Below are positions 50,453 through 63,899 of a stretch of DNA of 64,000 bases, in pieces. The DNA comes from Vicugna vicugna. Its lineage: Eukaryota. The stretch is from assembly GCA_013265495.1 (NCBI GenBank), contig MU057744.1:3113370-3177369 (forward strand), written 5' to 3'. The position numbers and the translations under genes are program-made. The notes under the pieces were generated by a model. The model did not search any database, had not been told where the DNA came from, and saw only the letters and a program-made list of their open reading frames with translations. Each line of letters begins with the position of its first letter. The stretch's first letter is position 1.

Positions 50453-53400
50453 CCCTTTCCCTTTTTATCTCAGAGGAATTACCAACCTGCTGGTTCCTTG
50501 GCCATAAGAAAATACATGAATAATCTCCTTTGCCTTTTATAGCCAGTCTGCTGAGAACTTGGTGGCCGGGTCTCCCGTTGACGGTGACGCTGTGGGCTGA
50601 GGGCCTGAGGCACTTGCCGGCCGTCCTGTTACTTGCAGGGAGCTCTGCGGACTCTCCCCAGCTGCAGCCACGTGGTGGCCGGACCGGCCCTTGTGGTTCA
50701 TATTGTGATTGTAGGAGGCACCTCAGCAGAAGCCGTCAGGGGACTTTGGAGAACAAGGTGTGTTGCTCGCAGGTCCCGGAGGGTACACGGCACCCCTGAG
50801 TGCCAGACGGCAGGGTCACAGGTGGAGGGGGTTGGGGGTGGACCTGAGACGCTGTCCTTATTGGGGTGCAAGGATGAGGCGACTAGGGTTTCTCAGGTTC
50901 ACTCTTTATTGGCAAACTTGAAACTTGAGAGCAGGAGCTCGGATGCAGGAAGGGAGAAGCAGGGTCATGCGGGGAAGTCGCTGTCTCACTTCTAGGTCAC
51001 CCGGGGCTTCTGAAGGGAACTTCGTGTCTGGACGGCTCCTCACGCGTGTTCGTGGGCAGCTGTGTCACAGTGGGCAGTGTGTGTGTGGGGATGGAGGGCT
51101 TTGTGAAGGGCGCCCGGACATCAGAAGCCTTACACTCAGGGGTCTGGGGACATGCTCCCTCAGCCCCGGCCCCTCATGGCCGCCCCTCAGCGTCCTGTCC
51201 GTGGTTTGTGCTAGGACTTGGCAGTCCTGTCTCAAGTTCTGTCCAGGCCTTGTCTTCCTCTTGAGTCCCCGTCGCTGCCCCCCATGGTCACTCTGTGTCA
51301 GTGCTCTGAGCTACAGGTGATCGTTCCGCTTTTGATAGTTCTTCAGTGTAAACTTAAACCATGAAAGTATGAAGTCCCAGAAGAAACTGGAGCCCAAAGG
51401 GGAGAAGTCATTTTCTCAAGGAGACGTCCCTTCCTTCTCCTCCACCTCCTGTAAGTTCGGGGACGGGCACAGCTGGCCTGTGGACGCCTTCTCCACAGCC
51501 ACCTGCAGCCCTCCCCTGCAGCCCTGGCCCGCAGTGTCCCCGGTCCAAATCCCAGCTGCCTCTCATGCAGCTAGAGGCCGGGGGAGGTGTTCCGTGTTGA
51601 ATCGCTTCGAAACTCAGCAATGAGTGCAGACTCCAGCACTTAGTTTCTTAGGGGTGTGCTTCTGCTGAGACACGCTCCTCGTTCATCACATCGGGTCCCC
51701 ACACCTTTACGGTTCGGCCTCTGCTGCTTTCCCCTTGCCCCGGGTCTCCTCAGCGTTGCTCCCAGGCATCCTCCGCGTAAACCCAGCCCCAGTGCGCCGT
51801 CTTCTGCGCTTGCTGTTCCCGCTGCTGTGCTGCTCGCAGGGTAAGGTGAGAGGCCTGAAGACGGCGTTCAGGGCTTCCCAGCTGGTCCCCGCCTGCCTTC
51901 CTCTGACTCCGCTCAGCGTTGTCCTCCTCAGGCCCATGGTTTGCCATCCCTAGTCTTGTTGCTTGGGTGGTTATTTTTACGTCCCCATCCCTGAAGCACT
52001 TCCCTCTTGTCGTTGTATGAATTCTTCTCGCGTTTTGAGCTCTAGCTTGCCTCCCACAAAGCATTTCCTTCTTTCTCAGAGTTTCCTTTGTGAATCTCTG
52101 CTTTTCCCACAGCACTGTCGTCCTCACTGCTAGTGACACGAGCACCACTTTAGACAGAGTGGCAGGCAGGTAGGTCGGCAAGTAGATCCACATACGCACA
52201 TTACAGACATACGTGCAAACGTACGTGTAAGACTTATGACGTGATGCTCTTTCTGTTTAAAAGATAACGTAAGCTTCCCAGAGACAAGGGAGGGAGTGCA
52301 TCCCCTAAAGACACTGGTGTGTCACCCCCTCTCCCTGCGAGTCCCTTTGGCATAATGAAGTGAAGAGCATCTTGGTAAAGAAGCAGGTGTAACAGTCTCT
52401 GTCCTGGGAACTTTTCTGTCCCTTGTTCTGTAGTCAGACTCTTTTTATTTTTGTTCTTTCAGTTTATTCCTAAGATGAGACATTTTACAAGGAGATACAC
52501 TTAAAATGTAAAGGACTGTGTCTGAGGGCAGTGGGACATGCGGCGACAGGCTGTGCGTGGCCTTGTGCAGCTGTGCTCTCACATCCTGATGCCTTCTGTC
52601 CCAGTGTGACATTAGGGACAGTCCCCAGTCCATCCATGCTGGATCAGGCTCAGGAGCACAGAGTTCTCATTCATCCCAGCGGAGCTGGTGCTCCTTGCTG
52701 GTAATTAGTACATGTGTTTCGTCCCCCCTTGCTCGTTAGAAGACCAGGGTGGGGTCTCACTCACAGGAAGAGCGGGTGGTTCTCGAGATAACAGGATCAG
52801 GGAATGCCTTGTTCCATGTCCCACGTCCCGGAGGAGCTGGAGGGGACGCTGATTTCCCTGAGGGCGTCCCTGCCTGCATTGCTGAGCACTGCCTGTGCAC
52901 CCTGCTCGGTTCTGCTCTGACCCACCTCGCCCCGAGCTTCAGGCTCAGAGGCCCTGTCCGCGGGGGCCACCCACGCTCCCTGAGCCGGGAGCTCGGCAGG
53001 GCCGGACCAGAGCCCACTCCCCCCGACGTTAGCAAGAGTCCGAATGCCCTAGAAGGGAAAGGCCGGATGAAAGTAATTAAGTCCCATTTCCTTTCCCTTT
53101 CGACTTTCCACGCCTTGTGTTCACTGTGCTGAATTGTGTGTCAGTCAGCGCATAAGCAGCCTTGTTATCTGGTGTCTCTTAACACGGTGGTATCCTCTCC
53201 GCCTTGTTTTCTTGTTTGCTCCTGAAAGGGTCTGTCTTCTGCAGGCCAGGCTCACTGAAATCCACGGTTGTTTCACAGAAAGGACCAGACTCAGAGATTT
53301 AGCAGGTTGTCTCCCCAGTTACTCAGGTCTTGACTTACATGTGTCACACAGGTCGACTCTGTCAAAGTTGCTGTTGATTAAGAGTGAAGGGAGAGAAGTT

Positions 53401-53814
53401 AAGGACGACGTAGAAAACGTAACGCAGACCCAGGAGGACTTAACACGCAACCAGGGAATATGACTGGAGAGGGGGGTTTCAAGCAGGCGTCTCATGCTAA
53501 CTAATGCGTTAGTACTAGTATCTTAAAGAAATGCAGCCCACTAGGTGGTTTAATTTAAAAATTGCAGACATATTCAGAAGTAGACAGAGCAGCGCCATCA
53601 GCTCTGCTCGCCCCTGCCTGCGGTACTTGGCAGCACGCAGCCAACTCGTTCCTGCGGCCCCGTCCCAAAGGCACTGGGCTGTTCTAAATCCAATGCAAGA
53701 TGCGTGTTTCCTCATGCTCCTCAATATTAATATTTTAATTTTAAAAATGACTTTAAAATATATTTTAAGAGGTCAGTTCAATATTATAAGACAGTCAGAA
53801 GCCAGGTAAAATGT

Positions 53815-54550
53815 AACTTTCATCTCCGTATGATACTGAGTTACACGTGCACACAGTAACCGGCGCTCACGTGAAGCACGTGTTTGGATGAGGTCACTCC
53901 CGCTGAACTAGGTCCTGGTGCATCTCCATCGCCACCCGAAGCACCCGTGTAGCGCAGCCCTTCCTAGTCACAGGACACACGCCCACCCCGCCCCGCCCCA
54001 GTCCCAGGCTGTCACGGTTCTGCCTTCTGACCCTTAGATTAGATTTCTTTTTTCTGGAGTTGTGTAATGTTGGAATCCTACCGTATGTACTTTTGTTCGT
54101 GGTTTCCTTTGCCCAGCATAGTATTTTTGAGGTTTCTGGGTGGTATTGTGAATAGTGTCCGTGATTCATCCCTTTCTGTTGCATTTTTAAAATTTCATTG
54201 TACGACAGAATCAAGATTTGCTTTCTCCACTCCATCTGATGGACATATTTTTGCAGTTTGGGATGATTATGAATGAAGTTGCTTTGCTATGAACGCTGAT
54301 GTACCAGTTTCTGTATAGACTGTATCTGTCTCTCTCTTGGGTAAACAGCCTGGAGTAAACTTGCTCAGCTGCTATTAAGCATGCATACAGTAAACCGCAA
54401 ACTGTCTTCCAAAGTATGTCTGCACCTCCCCCAGCAGTGGAGGAGGGTCCTGTGCCGACGTTACCATAAACTGCTGTTTTAGCGGTAACCTTCTTAGGGG
54501 CGGGTGGTGGCATCTAAGTATGGTCTGAATTCACGCTTTCCTAGTGAGAG
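53815..54550 (-). mobile_element. Old LINE-1 (L1MD/L1ME-like) ORF2 end and 3'UTR
   Basis: 'cagcatagtatttttgaggttt', 'tgatggacatatttttgcagtttggg', 'gctatgaacgctgatgtaccagttt', 'caaactgtcttccaaagt', 'cccccagcagtggaggaggg'. Confidence 0.8.
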
Positions 54551-55608
54551 TTTTTGTCCCTCACCCTCTTTGTGGGGTTACTGGCCTGCTCAGACTGCGG
54601 TTACCACTTCCTCAGCTCAGGGAGGCCGCCAGGCTGGGCCTGAGCCCCTCCCTCCGCCTGCCTTTCAGAAGCCTCTCCCAAACAAACAGCCCAGATGCGG
54701 GTTTCTCTTCTCTCACTGGTTTCCCTGCTATTCCCTGATTCCAGTTCCTGAAAAGAGCGACTTCACTTATTTTCGTACAGTTTTCCAGGTGCTGGGGGGA
54801 GGGCTGGCAGGAATGTAGGGTGCATCCCGTCCGTGTCACTCTGTCATGGCTGTCAGTGGAAGCACAAGTTAGTTTTTGAAAAAGGATTTTCCAGATTTTT
54901 TTAGTTTATCAAAGGTCAGCCCTGAAAACCCCAGTCATACGGTATGGGGGAAACCCTTCAGTGCATTACTTTGAGGCTCCCTCCCTGATACTAAGATACT
55001 GTGACGCCAAGAGAGGGAGAAAGACATGCCCACTTGCGGAACGAGAGTGGCGGCGGAGAGCAGCGGCTCCGGCAGGCGCCTCCCAGCTTCCCTCTTGGAG
55101 TTTCAGCCTGGAGGGCGAGAGGGGTGTTGGTGAGAGGGGCTGTGCCATTTCACGTGCAGCTGTCTACCCGCCTCCTGGCCGGCACTTCAGTCTGGCCAGT
55201 CAGAGGACAGCTCTGGCACTTCGGTACTGGTGGGGCACAGGCAGCACGCAGGACAGCTGGAGAACGTGTCCCTGGGGCGGGTACCATCCCCTGGGTGAAG
55301 GGGGTTCTGCCCGAGGGCTGCATTCCCCTGAGGCTGAGTGTGCACTGTGGCCGGACCTCAGGAAAGGCTGCACTGTCCACAGGAGGTGAGATGAGGCTGA
55401 GTCCCGGGGAAAAGTCCCCAACCTCGATGGGTCAGGAAGTCGCCAACGGCATGCACGCGAGGGGACTTACCTCTAAGCGTCAGCAGGGCGGGAGCACCCA
55501 GATGAATAAGGAGCCTGCCCCCCAGGTCACGGGAGGTGGACGGTCATGGCTGGAGGTGCAGACCGTTTCTTCTGTTTCTGAGTTTACTGAAGCCACGTGT
55601 CGCTCCTC

Positions 55609-55641
55609 TGTGTGTGTCTGTGTGTGTGTGTATGTGTGTGT
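55609..55641. repeat. Interrupted (TG)n microsatellite
   Basis: Directly visible. Confidence 0.9.
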
Positions 55642-56569
55642 AAGGAAGAGTGGGAGAAGAGGGCAAATGAAAGGCTGACTTTCCCAGAAGAGACTGAATA
55701 GTACTCGAATTACGTTTCCTTTTGCATTTCTTTTCATACATAGCTGTATAAATGCGATGCAGGGGGAGGGCCAGGGCATGCGGCTTGCGAATTGCTAATG
55801 ATTTGTGACATTTATAAACAAAGAAAGTTCCTCTCCTTGCTAAGAATGTTGACCCAGGAGACAGGTAAGGTAGCGGTCCACCGTCCCCTCACATCTAGAG
55901 GGTAGCAAATATTTGAGGCAGCAAATGCTAGGAATTTACTGTCTGAAACCAGGACTGGAGAGAGCTGAGGGGGAGACTGTGAGACGGTTGCTGGACACCT
56001 GCCAGCCTGGCCTTGTTCCTGCACAAGACAGAGCCCAGCTCCGAGAATTAGCTTTGCTTTCGTCAGACGCACCTTCCTCCTGCCCAGCCAGAGACAGAGT
56101 GGCTCCCCAGAAGTGGAGGAGCCCCGCTGGGGAGGTGGGCGATGCCTTAGAGAGGAAAATGAAGAAACGGGAGAGTTCTGTAGCTCAGCCGTTTTCCTGT
56201 GGCGTTCTCTCCCCTAGAAAATGGGACGGTGGGGATGAGAGGGGGGACTGTGGGACTGAGTGGGAAGCACTGCTGTCGCAGACCTGTTTAGCATCACGTG
56301 CGTCAGCCATTGTGTGGACAAGTCCTCTTTCTTGTAACCTTCTCTGATTTGTCCATGGACTGTCATTATAAGAAACTGGTTTTCATCATTCTGTAAAAAT
56401 ATGTATATTTTACCTCAGCATCAAACTAAGTATGTCTTCTTCATCTCCTCCCGCCTCCTCGCCGTCAGAGTTAATGATGAACAGAGCAGTACTGTGTGTG
56501 CTGGAAACCACTTAACTGTGGACACACAGACTCCAAACACGTCGTGTTGGTGGGTCTGTATTTTTCTTC

Positions 56570-57160
56570 AGTGGATATTTCAAATGAGTATAATTTTAAA
56601 ATATATTGTGGCGATGGGGTTAAGATATGTTAATGCATTCATAACTGCTCCACCCTAGCACAACAATGGTCTTTGTTTTTGTCCCCGGCTAGTATTTATT
56701 CACATATGTATTTTGTACCTACTCATAGTCAGAACATACAGTTTTATATCCCACTTTCTTCATGCTGTGACTTACGTGTTACTCTAATGGCTACTTAGTA
56801 CACTGTGGAGTTAATATACCAACATTTTCTTAGCTGCCCCCAACCCCGTGGGACACAAATAGTTTCTGTTGTGCACTATTATGAATAGTGCCGCAATGGA
56901 CATTTTCCTAATTTTAATTCGTTTCCTTGGGATAATTTGTGAGTGGGGTTACTAAACCCCAAGGAGTGACTTTGTTTAAGGACTCATATCTTAGTAGAGG
57001 TGTGAGTGGGACTGGAGCTTCGGCGCGCCGCACGTGCTCTGACCCCACCAGAGGTGTCTGAGCTTCTCAGCTGTTTTCCCAGTGGTCTCACCTGCATCTT
57101 GTTATTTATAGTTGTAGTTAATGCAGTCTGTGTCATTTTTAAAAATTTGATTTCTTTGCC
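56570..57160 (-). mobile_element. Ancient L1ME-like remnant
   Basis: 'ctattatgaatagtgccgcaatggacatt', 'tttccttgggataatttgtgagtgggg', 'aatttgatttctttg'. Confidence 0.45.
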
Positions 57161-57231
57161 TTTGAGATTTTAAAATTTACATACTACTTACTGTTTGAGA
57201 GTTAATGTGGTTTAATTAGGGAAATCTCCTA

Positions 57232-57415
57232 AGTGTCAGACAAACAGAGATTCAGATCCCAGCACAGGCTGCTGCTTGTGTATTAAGCGAATTAGCTGCT
57301 CAAAGGAAATAATAATATTTTCTTCCTTTGTAAAACACTGGCACTGACGTCTTCTTCACAGGCTGCGAAATGACGAGATGAGTGAATCTGTGCCCCGTGC
57401 GTCAGCGCCGCACAG
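57232..57415 (+). mobile_element. MIR SINE
   Basis: 'gtcagacaaacagagattcagatcccagc...tttcttcctttgtaaaac...ttcacaggctgcg...gatgag'. Confidence 0.5.
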
Positions 57416-58430
57416 GAAGGTCCTCAGCCACCGACCTCCACCTCGGCCTCGTCGCGCCTGGTTATCCCTCCCAGGGCTTCTGGTTCACATAGTCCAATTT
57501 GCATCCACAGGGCCTCAGGGTCAGACTTCTCCGTGAGCTGATCTCTGACTTGCCAGCAAGTGCTGAATTACAGCAGGTCACTGAGGTCCAATCTGTTGGA
57601 CCCATGGATTTCCTAAGTAGCCACACAAACAAATGGGAAATACACTCAAAATAAGTTTTTTCCATAAATTATTCATTTTAGAATTTTGTATATAGTCCAG
57701 TTTATCTTTTAAATGTCTCATCCAATTTTATTCCATTAGGCTTTTCAGATACTTTGATTTGCTTCTTTGTTTTGGTTTTGGGTAATGCTTTCGATTATCT
57801 GCTCTCTGCTGCATCTTATCCAAAAACAAGCTTAGTTCTGTGGTAGCCAGGATTCTTTTGTCAGGCAGCTATCACACAGGATGCTTGCTGGACGTTGCAT
57901 GGCTGGGTGATAACTGTCACTTGGATTTTGTGTGACTATATTCTAGGCATTATAGCTCCTCTGTTGCCTGGAATTGGTTTCTATCTTGAGAACCTTTGCA
58001 GCGGAGGCTGCCTTTTTAAGCAAGCACGCGTCTTTAGAGCCAGAGTGATTCCTAATATGTTCTAAGGTCTCAGAAGGCCTATAACGAGCAGACAGTTTTT
58101 CAGTTGGAAAAGCATTGGAAATAAAAACTTCTATCCTCTCTCATGAGGCTGAGGAAATTTGGGGGCCTCCAAAAGATATTCCAACCTCTCACCTTCATGA
58201 TGAGAAACTGAAATGGGAAAAGATACATTCTAAGCAGTTTCACTTCACGAGTTTAAAAGAGAGAAAGTGGGAGGAGGGAGGGGAGAAAGAAACCCTCCTC
58301 GGTCTTTCCAGCCTCAGCAGTATTGTTTCTCATCCTCTGAAGAAGGGTTAGGGTGTCTGTACATTTTATGTTTCTTGTGTAAGCCCTGTGGCAAAGACAC
58401 CGTTCTTCCTTTCTGCACAGCTCACATGCT

Positions 58431-58810
58431 CCCCTCCATCGCCCTCCTCACCCCCANNNNNNNNNNNNNNNNNNNNNNNNNNNNNNNNNNNNNNNNNNNN
58501 NNNNNNNNNNNNNNNNNNNNNNNNNNNNNNNNNNNNNNNNNNNNNNNNNNNNNNNNNNNNNNNNNNNNNNNNNNNNNNNNNNNNNNNNNNNNNNNNNNNN
58601 NNNNNNNNNNNNNNNNNNNNNNNNNNNNNNNNNNNNNNNNNNNNNNNNNNNNNNNNNNNNNNNNNNNNNNNNNNNNNNNNNNNNNNNNNNNNNNNNNNNN
58701 NNNNNNNNNAGCCCCAAATCGCCCTCCTCACCCCCAACACCATCCTCACCCCCCATCGCCCTCCTCATCCCCAACGCCCTCCTCACCCCCATCACCCTCC
58801 TCACCCTCCA
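58431..58810. repeat. 18-bp C-rich minisatellite (CCCCCATCGCCCTCCTCA)n spanning an assembly gap
   Basis: About 1.5 units left and 5 units right of the N run. Confidence 0.85.
58457..58709. other. Assembly gap (253 N)
   Basis: Run of N. Confidence 1.
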
Positions 58811-59491
58811 TTTTTCCATGGTTGCTGGACAGCTCACAGCCGCCAGTCTTGTCTTCACTATGGCCACAGAGAGGTCTTTTGTGAAAAACCTCTGTTTCAG
58901 GAGGTGAAAACACGTGGACTTCATCCCCATTCCCCACCCTGCCCTGGAAATGGACACAGGGAGGCACTGGTGGCCGCAGCCAGCTGTGCCTGGAGCCCAG
59001 GCTGCTGCACAGTCAGGAAGGCCCGTGTCCTGAAGTAGGACAGTGACAGGGGACTGGAGTGGCCATACCTCCTCCCTGCAGCAGCGGGAGGAGGGACCAG
59101 TCCCTGTGGTCCTGGGCCAGCCCCACAGCCTGTGTCCCGACAACAGTGGAGGTGAGGTCGCTCTGGCCTGCTTTGCAGAGAGATGGTGAAGCCAGAATGA
59201 GGTACCTGTGCAGGGCCTTGTGAACAGTTCTCATTCTGTACAGTCACTGGGGTAGGTGCTGTCCTTTGGACGGTTAGGCTGATTTCCAGCCCTTGGAATC
59301 TGTAAAATGATGCTCTGCTGGCACGTCTGTGCACATTCTGTCCCCCTGCATCATGGTGGCCGGCCCCCTGCAAGGCTCCTTCTGAGCACGCCCTCCCCTC
59401 ACAGCTTCTGGCCTGGGGACAGGCGCACGTGCTTGGCTCTCGGGGTTGGTGGGCACCCGGCGTGGCCTGTCTCACTTGACTGGACTCGGTG

Positions 59492-59588
59492 TTTTTGAGG
59501 GCAGGACCATGTCCTGCTCATTTTCTCAACCTCGCATCCGGTTCATGTTGTTCACTCAGTAAATATTGATCGAAGTGGTGAGTGAATG
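59492..59588 (+). mobile_element. L2 3' end
   Basis: 'tgagggcaggaccatgtc...cactcagtaaatattgatcgaagtggtgagtgaatg'. Confidence 0.65.
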
Positions 59589-61389
59589 TCAAATACTCGT
59601 TGCTGTGAAGTAACAGACTGTACTAGTCACGTGAGTGACGCTTTGCTAATTTGCTGTAAGACTGGTGGAGACTCATCACAGCTTCCTGTATGTGATGTAG
59701 ATGCATGTGCATCAGGTGCACGTTCTGAGGGGGGAGCATGCCAGGTCCTCCCAATGACTGGGAGCTACACACAGAGAATGTGTGACCGTGTGACGCGAAC
59801 TACAGGAGATGGAGTCCCTCTGGAGACACTGGCCACACAGACCCTCGTTTCCCAGGACCTGCCGTGGTCGCTCGCTCAGCAGGGTGCTAACAGTGTCGTA
59901 GGGTGCAAGGCGTTCTTGACGAAGTGCATTAGGAAGAGTGCTGCAATAGGTTCCCATGTGTGACATCGGTCATTTAGTTAAAATGCCATCTCACAGCTGA
60001 GTGATGCAGGTAGCCTGCCTCCTCTTTATCTTGTTTTACATTAGCTCACTCCTTTGTTTGTCTGGCTTTCAGCTTTCGTGGTGACATGACACCTGGCTTC
60101 TTTCCGCAAGGAACATTCAGCACACAGCACCGTCCCAGACACATTGGATGGGGATTGGTTTGATGATCCTCCCTGGAACAGGTAGGTAGAACCTCCGGTC
60201 GATGCTTACACCTCATTTGAATCCTGTCTGTGTCCATTTCTGCTTTTCTTGTTGTTGACCGAGAGTGGAACTTACTCTGAAGAGTCAAATTCAAGCCTCA
60301 GACGACTGTTGTCTTTTCTACATAGAGTATGTGTTTATCTTATGACATGTGAGATTCCTCAAGACCCTTAAGACCCTGTTATGTGATAAATACAAATGGA
60401 GAACACGAACACGTATTCCAGGAGAGAAGGGAAAGTCTTGCTCATATGGTTCTGAAAATAACAAGATTTGTTCTGCCTCTCTGTGGAACTCAAGTGTGTG
60501 AAATGTGACTGAACCCTGGTGTGTTTATAGGTGTGGTATCTGCATCTCAGAATCTGACAGAAAGATATCAATGTCTTTTTTTCCCCAAATTAGTCCCGAC
60601 TTAGACAAAACCAAGTACCAGATTATGAGCTAAGTGACTACACGGGGGGATTAATGAGTGATCCTCTGCTCTCTTGGGTTTTGTGACAGGTGCTCCCTGG
60701 TGTATCATGGCACAAAGGTGACATGGAAACAAAACAAAAAAAAGTGGTATTTGACAGTTTTATTGCTTAATAAATTCTCTTGAAGGAGTGTTCTGAACTT
60801 AGATTCTCGTAAGGTAGAAGCCGTGTAGCTCCTGATTCAGTTTGATCCAGACACCTTGTTGAGTGCTCTGTGTGTGTGTGGGGGGGGGAGTTATATTTTC
60901 CCTAAGGGACAGTTTATTGTAAGGCTCACTGCGCTATTGCTCTCAACCTTTGAAATATTTTTGGCAATATGGTAGACTTGTTGAAAATCTAGTATGCATT
61001 TAGAAAAGTGTCTGATCTATATAAATTGTATTTTCAAAAGCAAAACTCTGTAACAAGTGTCCTGCCCACCCCCACCCCCCAAAAATGTCTGCAGAAAACC
61101 ACATTTGGGAAGTAGCAGAGACCTGAGACTTAATCAGGTCTAAGACCTGGCTTAACCCACGACCTTGGGAAAAAATGTTTTCCTTCCTCAGAAAGAGGGA
61201 GGGAGGGAGAGAGAGGAGGGAGGAATTAAATTCGCAATCATGGTGTGAAAGGTACACCGGGTCACCTTTATTCTTAATGAGGTGTCAAGTAATACTCAAT
61301 GTGTTTCCAAGTGTCTCCAGAACATTTCCCTCCTACATTCTGTGAGAGTGTGAAATCCATAATTAGAGTTTAACCTCCCTGATTTAAGG

Positions 61390-61544
61390 CAGAAGCTGTA
61401 ACTGGTCACCTGCATGCTAGAGCTGTCTTAGATTGTTTATTGTACAGATATATTTTTTGGCCTACCCAGACTTGACATGGATATGTTAAAAAACTGCCAA
61501 ATCAAAAATATCAGGAGAGTTCACATAAAAATCTGGGCTTCCAG
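61390..61544 (-). mobile_element. MER102-like hAT fragment
   Basis: 'aaaaatatcaggagagttcacataaaaatctgggcttccag' matches the recalled antisense MER102 core. Confidence 0.55.
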
Positions 61545-61699
61545 TCCTATTTCTCTGTAAATGGCACTGCAATTAAACCAGTTGCTCAGGCCAGAAGTCT
61601 AGCTGTCACTCACGCGGCCTCCATCTTCTGAAGCTCAGCATCTAACCTGGCAGGTCCTCCAGGGCCTAGCTCAGACCCCGCAGCTCTCACCTCGCTGTT

Positions 61700-61825
61700 A
61701 AGAGAGCGCTGGTGCCCAGGCCGCACCTGGGACAGTAAGCCTATGGCTCTGAGGATGGAGCGGGCTTCAGAAGGTTAGCAGGCACTTGAGGTGATTCTAA
61801 TGTGCGCACGAGGTCCCAAAGCACG
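61700..61825. mobile_element. MER5-like hAT fragment
   Basis: 'tgcccaggccgcacc...aggtgattctaatgtgcgc'. Confidence 0.5.
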
Positions 61826-63899
61826 TTCTAACCCTTTTGTCCGTCCTGTGTCAGTGCTGCCCTGAGTTCAGGCGGGTCCCGTGCAGCGCTTTCTAGTCTC
61901 CCCGGTCCTCTGTGTCTGCTCTCATCCGGTGGGTCCCAGCCCCAACCCGCAGAGTCCTTGTCAGTGGGAGACGGGTCTGGTCTGGGCTGCTGACACCTCC
62001 TGGGTCAGAGCAGCGGTCACGATGCTCTCAATCCTGTGGGTGAGCGAGGAACCCGGGCTCCAGCGCTGCTGGAGGGTCCAGTCCCTGAGGCACTAAGTTT
62101 CAGGAGCGGACAGGGCAGGGCACGAGAGGTGGACTGAGGACACTGAGGACATTGTATTCCGCTTCCGCAGGGCCTTACACACCCTGGCTGGGCCTCCCGC
62201 TTGCTTGCCCCTCCATGCAGTGACCCATGGGCATGGAGCCTTGCAGACTTCTCCCCAGACTGCCACCCAGTCAGGGCCCCAATGTCATACTGTTCCCAGG
62301 GGCAAAGGGAGTCGATAGTTTGGCAGTGACAATGTCATAAGATTGATGCTCCAGCACAGCTACCGAGGTTTATTAAATGTTAGTCCTTCATAGTTGCATC
62401 ATTCACCCAGCAGCACACGTTGGCATCAGTGCATTTTTAGGCAGAGTGCCCAAGTTAGGGTGTGTCTGTGCTGTGGTGGGTCGTTACACCGGGGGCCGTG
62501 GGACCGTGCGCCCTGCGGCTCCGACACAGCCTTCTTCCTTTTCTCCAGTGCCCGACACAAAGCCGGTTACTTGTTTGAGGGCGGTGGAGACCTTTTCTCT
62601 CAAGATGATTGCACAGTGACTGTGTTTTGACCACAGAGGAAACCACTGAAGTCTTTCCTTTAGGCTCCAACGGCTGCATCCCTGTAGATGGTGCGCTTCC
62701 CATCAGAAGGGAGAACTAAGGTGTCCTCAGAAAGTTGTCATCAAAAAAGACACCCTCTGACATACTGTGTGATTTTACTCAGAGTTTTGAAATAAGTCAG
62801 GAAATGCAAACTGCTTTGAAGCTGAGTGGAAACTTGGGTCCTGTCAGCACTCCTTGTGCACAGCATAGCCAACTCCGACTTTGCACTGGTGGCAACTTTC
62901 GCTTAGTATGCGCCTGGTAGTGCTTCACTGTTGACACTGTGAAAAGTTCAAGGAACTGCATTAAGACGAAAACGTGCGTGCGGCGTCCCGGCCATGGAGA
63001 CCAGCACAGGTGGTGTGAGCACAGCTACGTATGTATCGAGTCAGTGCCTGGGGCCTAGCTGCCTGCTTCACCCTCGGGGCCTGGTTCGCCCCAGTAATGT
63101 CGGTGCAGAGTTCTCCGCGTTTAAGGGAACAGACGACACTGTCAGCTTCCCTTAAACATTTCTTTTCGGGGGAAATGGAGACAGAACACACAGAGCAGCC
63201 CCAGCCCACACACACCGAGCACCCCTGGAGGCAGCACAGGGCTGTGCCTCTTAGTGCGATGCCTTCATGTTTCCTTCGGGATCGAGACGGATTGTGTACC
63301 GTTCTCTGCGGTGAACAGTGCTGTCATAGGCCACAGGTGGTTTTCATGCCATTTTAAGAATTCCTTTGAAAGGATTCAGGCAGTGATGGCCCTAATGTTT
63401 AGGGCTCTGCATTAGGACAGGCAAAGCTTTTCAAATACGATAAAGCCCTTCCGAAATTCTTTGTATCTGTGAGTGCATAGGATCTGGACAGAGGAAGATT
63501 AAAATCTCTCTGAAATCCACGGCATTGCCACCAGGTGGAACAGTTATTGAAAGGGAAATTAATAGTGTCTGAAATGAACGTTGGGTTAAGCGTACTTCAT
63601 TTTGCGTTTTCTACTCTTTTTTCACTTGCCATTAACTCTCTTTAATCACAGAGGTTCCCTAAATTGATTAGGATTCATTTACAGAAAAACTAATGTAAAA
63701 ACTAAATGTATCCTCTGCTTATTATATGGCAGACACAGTATGGCTGTTGAACTGATAGTGAAGATTTGTATTATGTTAATGCATCAGATGGCTCCCAAAT
63801 TATATGTTTGTCATATGTATTTAATATTAAATCAGGCTTTTCCTTATTCCCATAATTTCTCTAGCATTTTGTGTTGACTTTTGAGAGTTAACATTTTGG

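Noticed and set aside
55001..55678. 225-aa ORF
   Set aside because: GC-rich chance ORF running through a (TG)n repeat; no homology recognised.
56491..56530. Pre-miRNA-like hairpin (CTGTGTGT/ACACACAG)
   Set aside because: Short, low-complexity stem with an 8-nt bulge.
58267..59143. Long ORFs spanning 58.3-59.1 kb
   Set aside because: Artefacts of the N gap and minisatellite.
62280..62339. Direct repeat CAATGTCATA ~50 bp apart as a TSD
   Set aside because: No recognisable element or A tail between the copies; compatible with chance.
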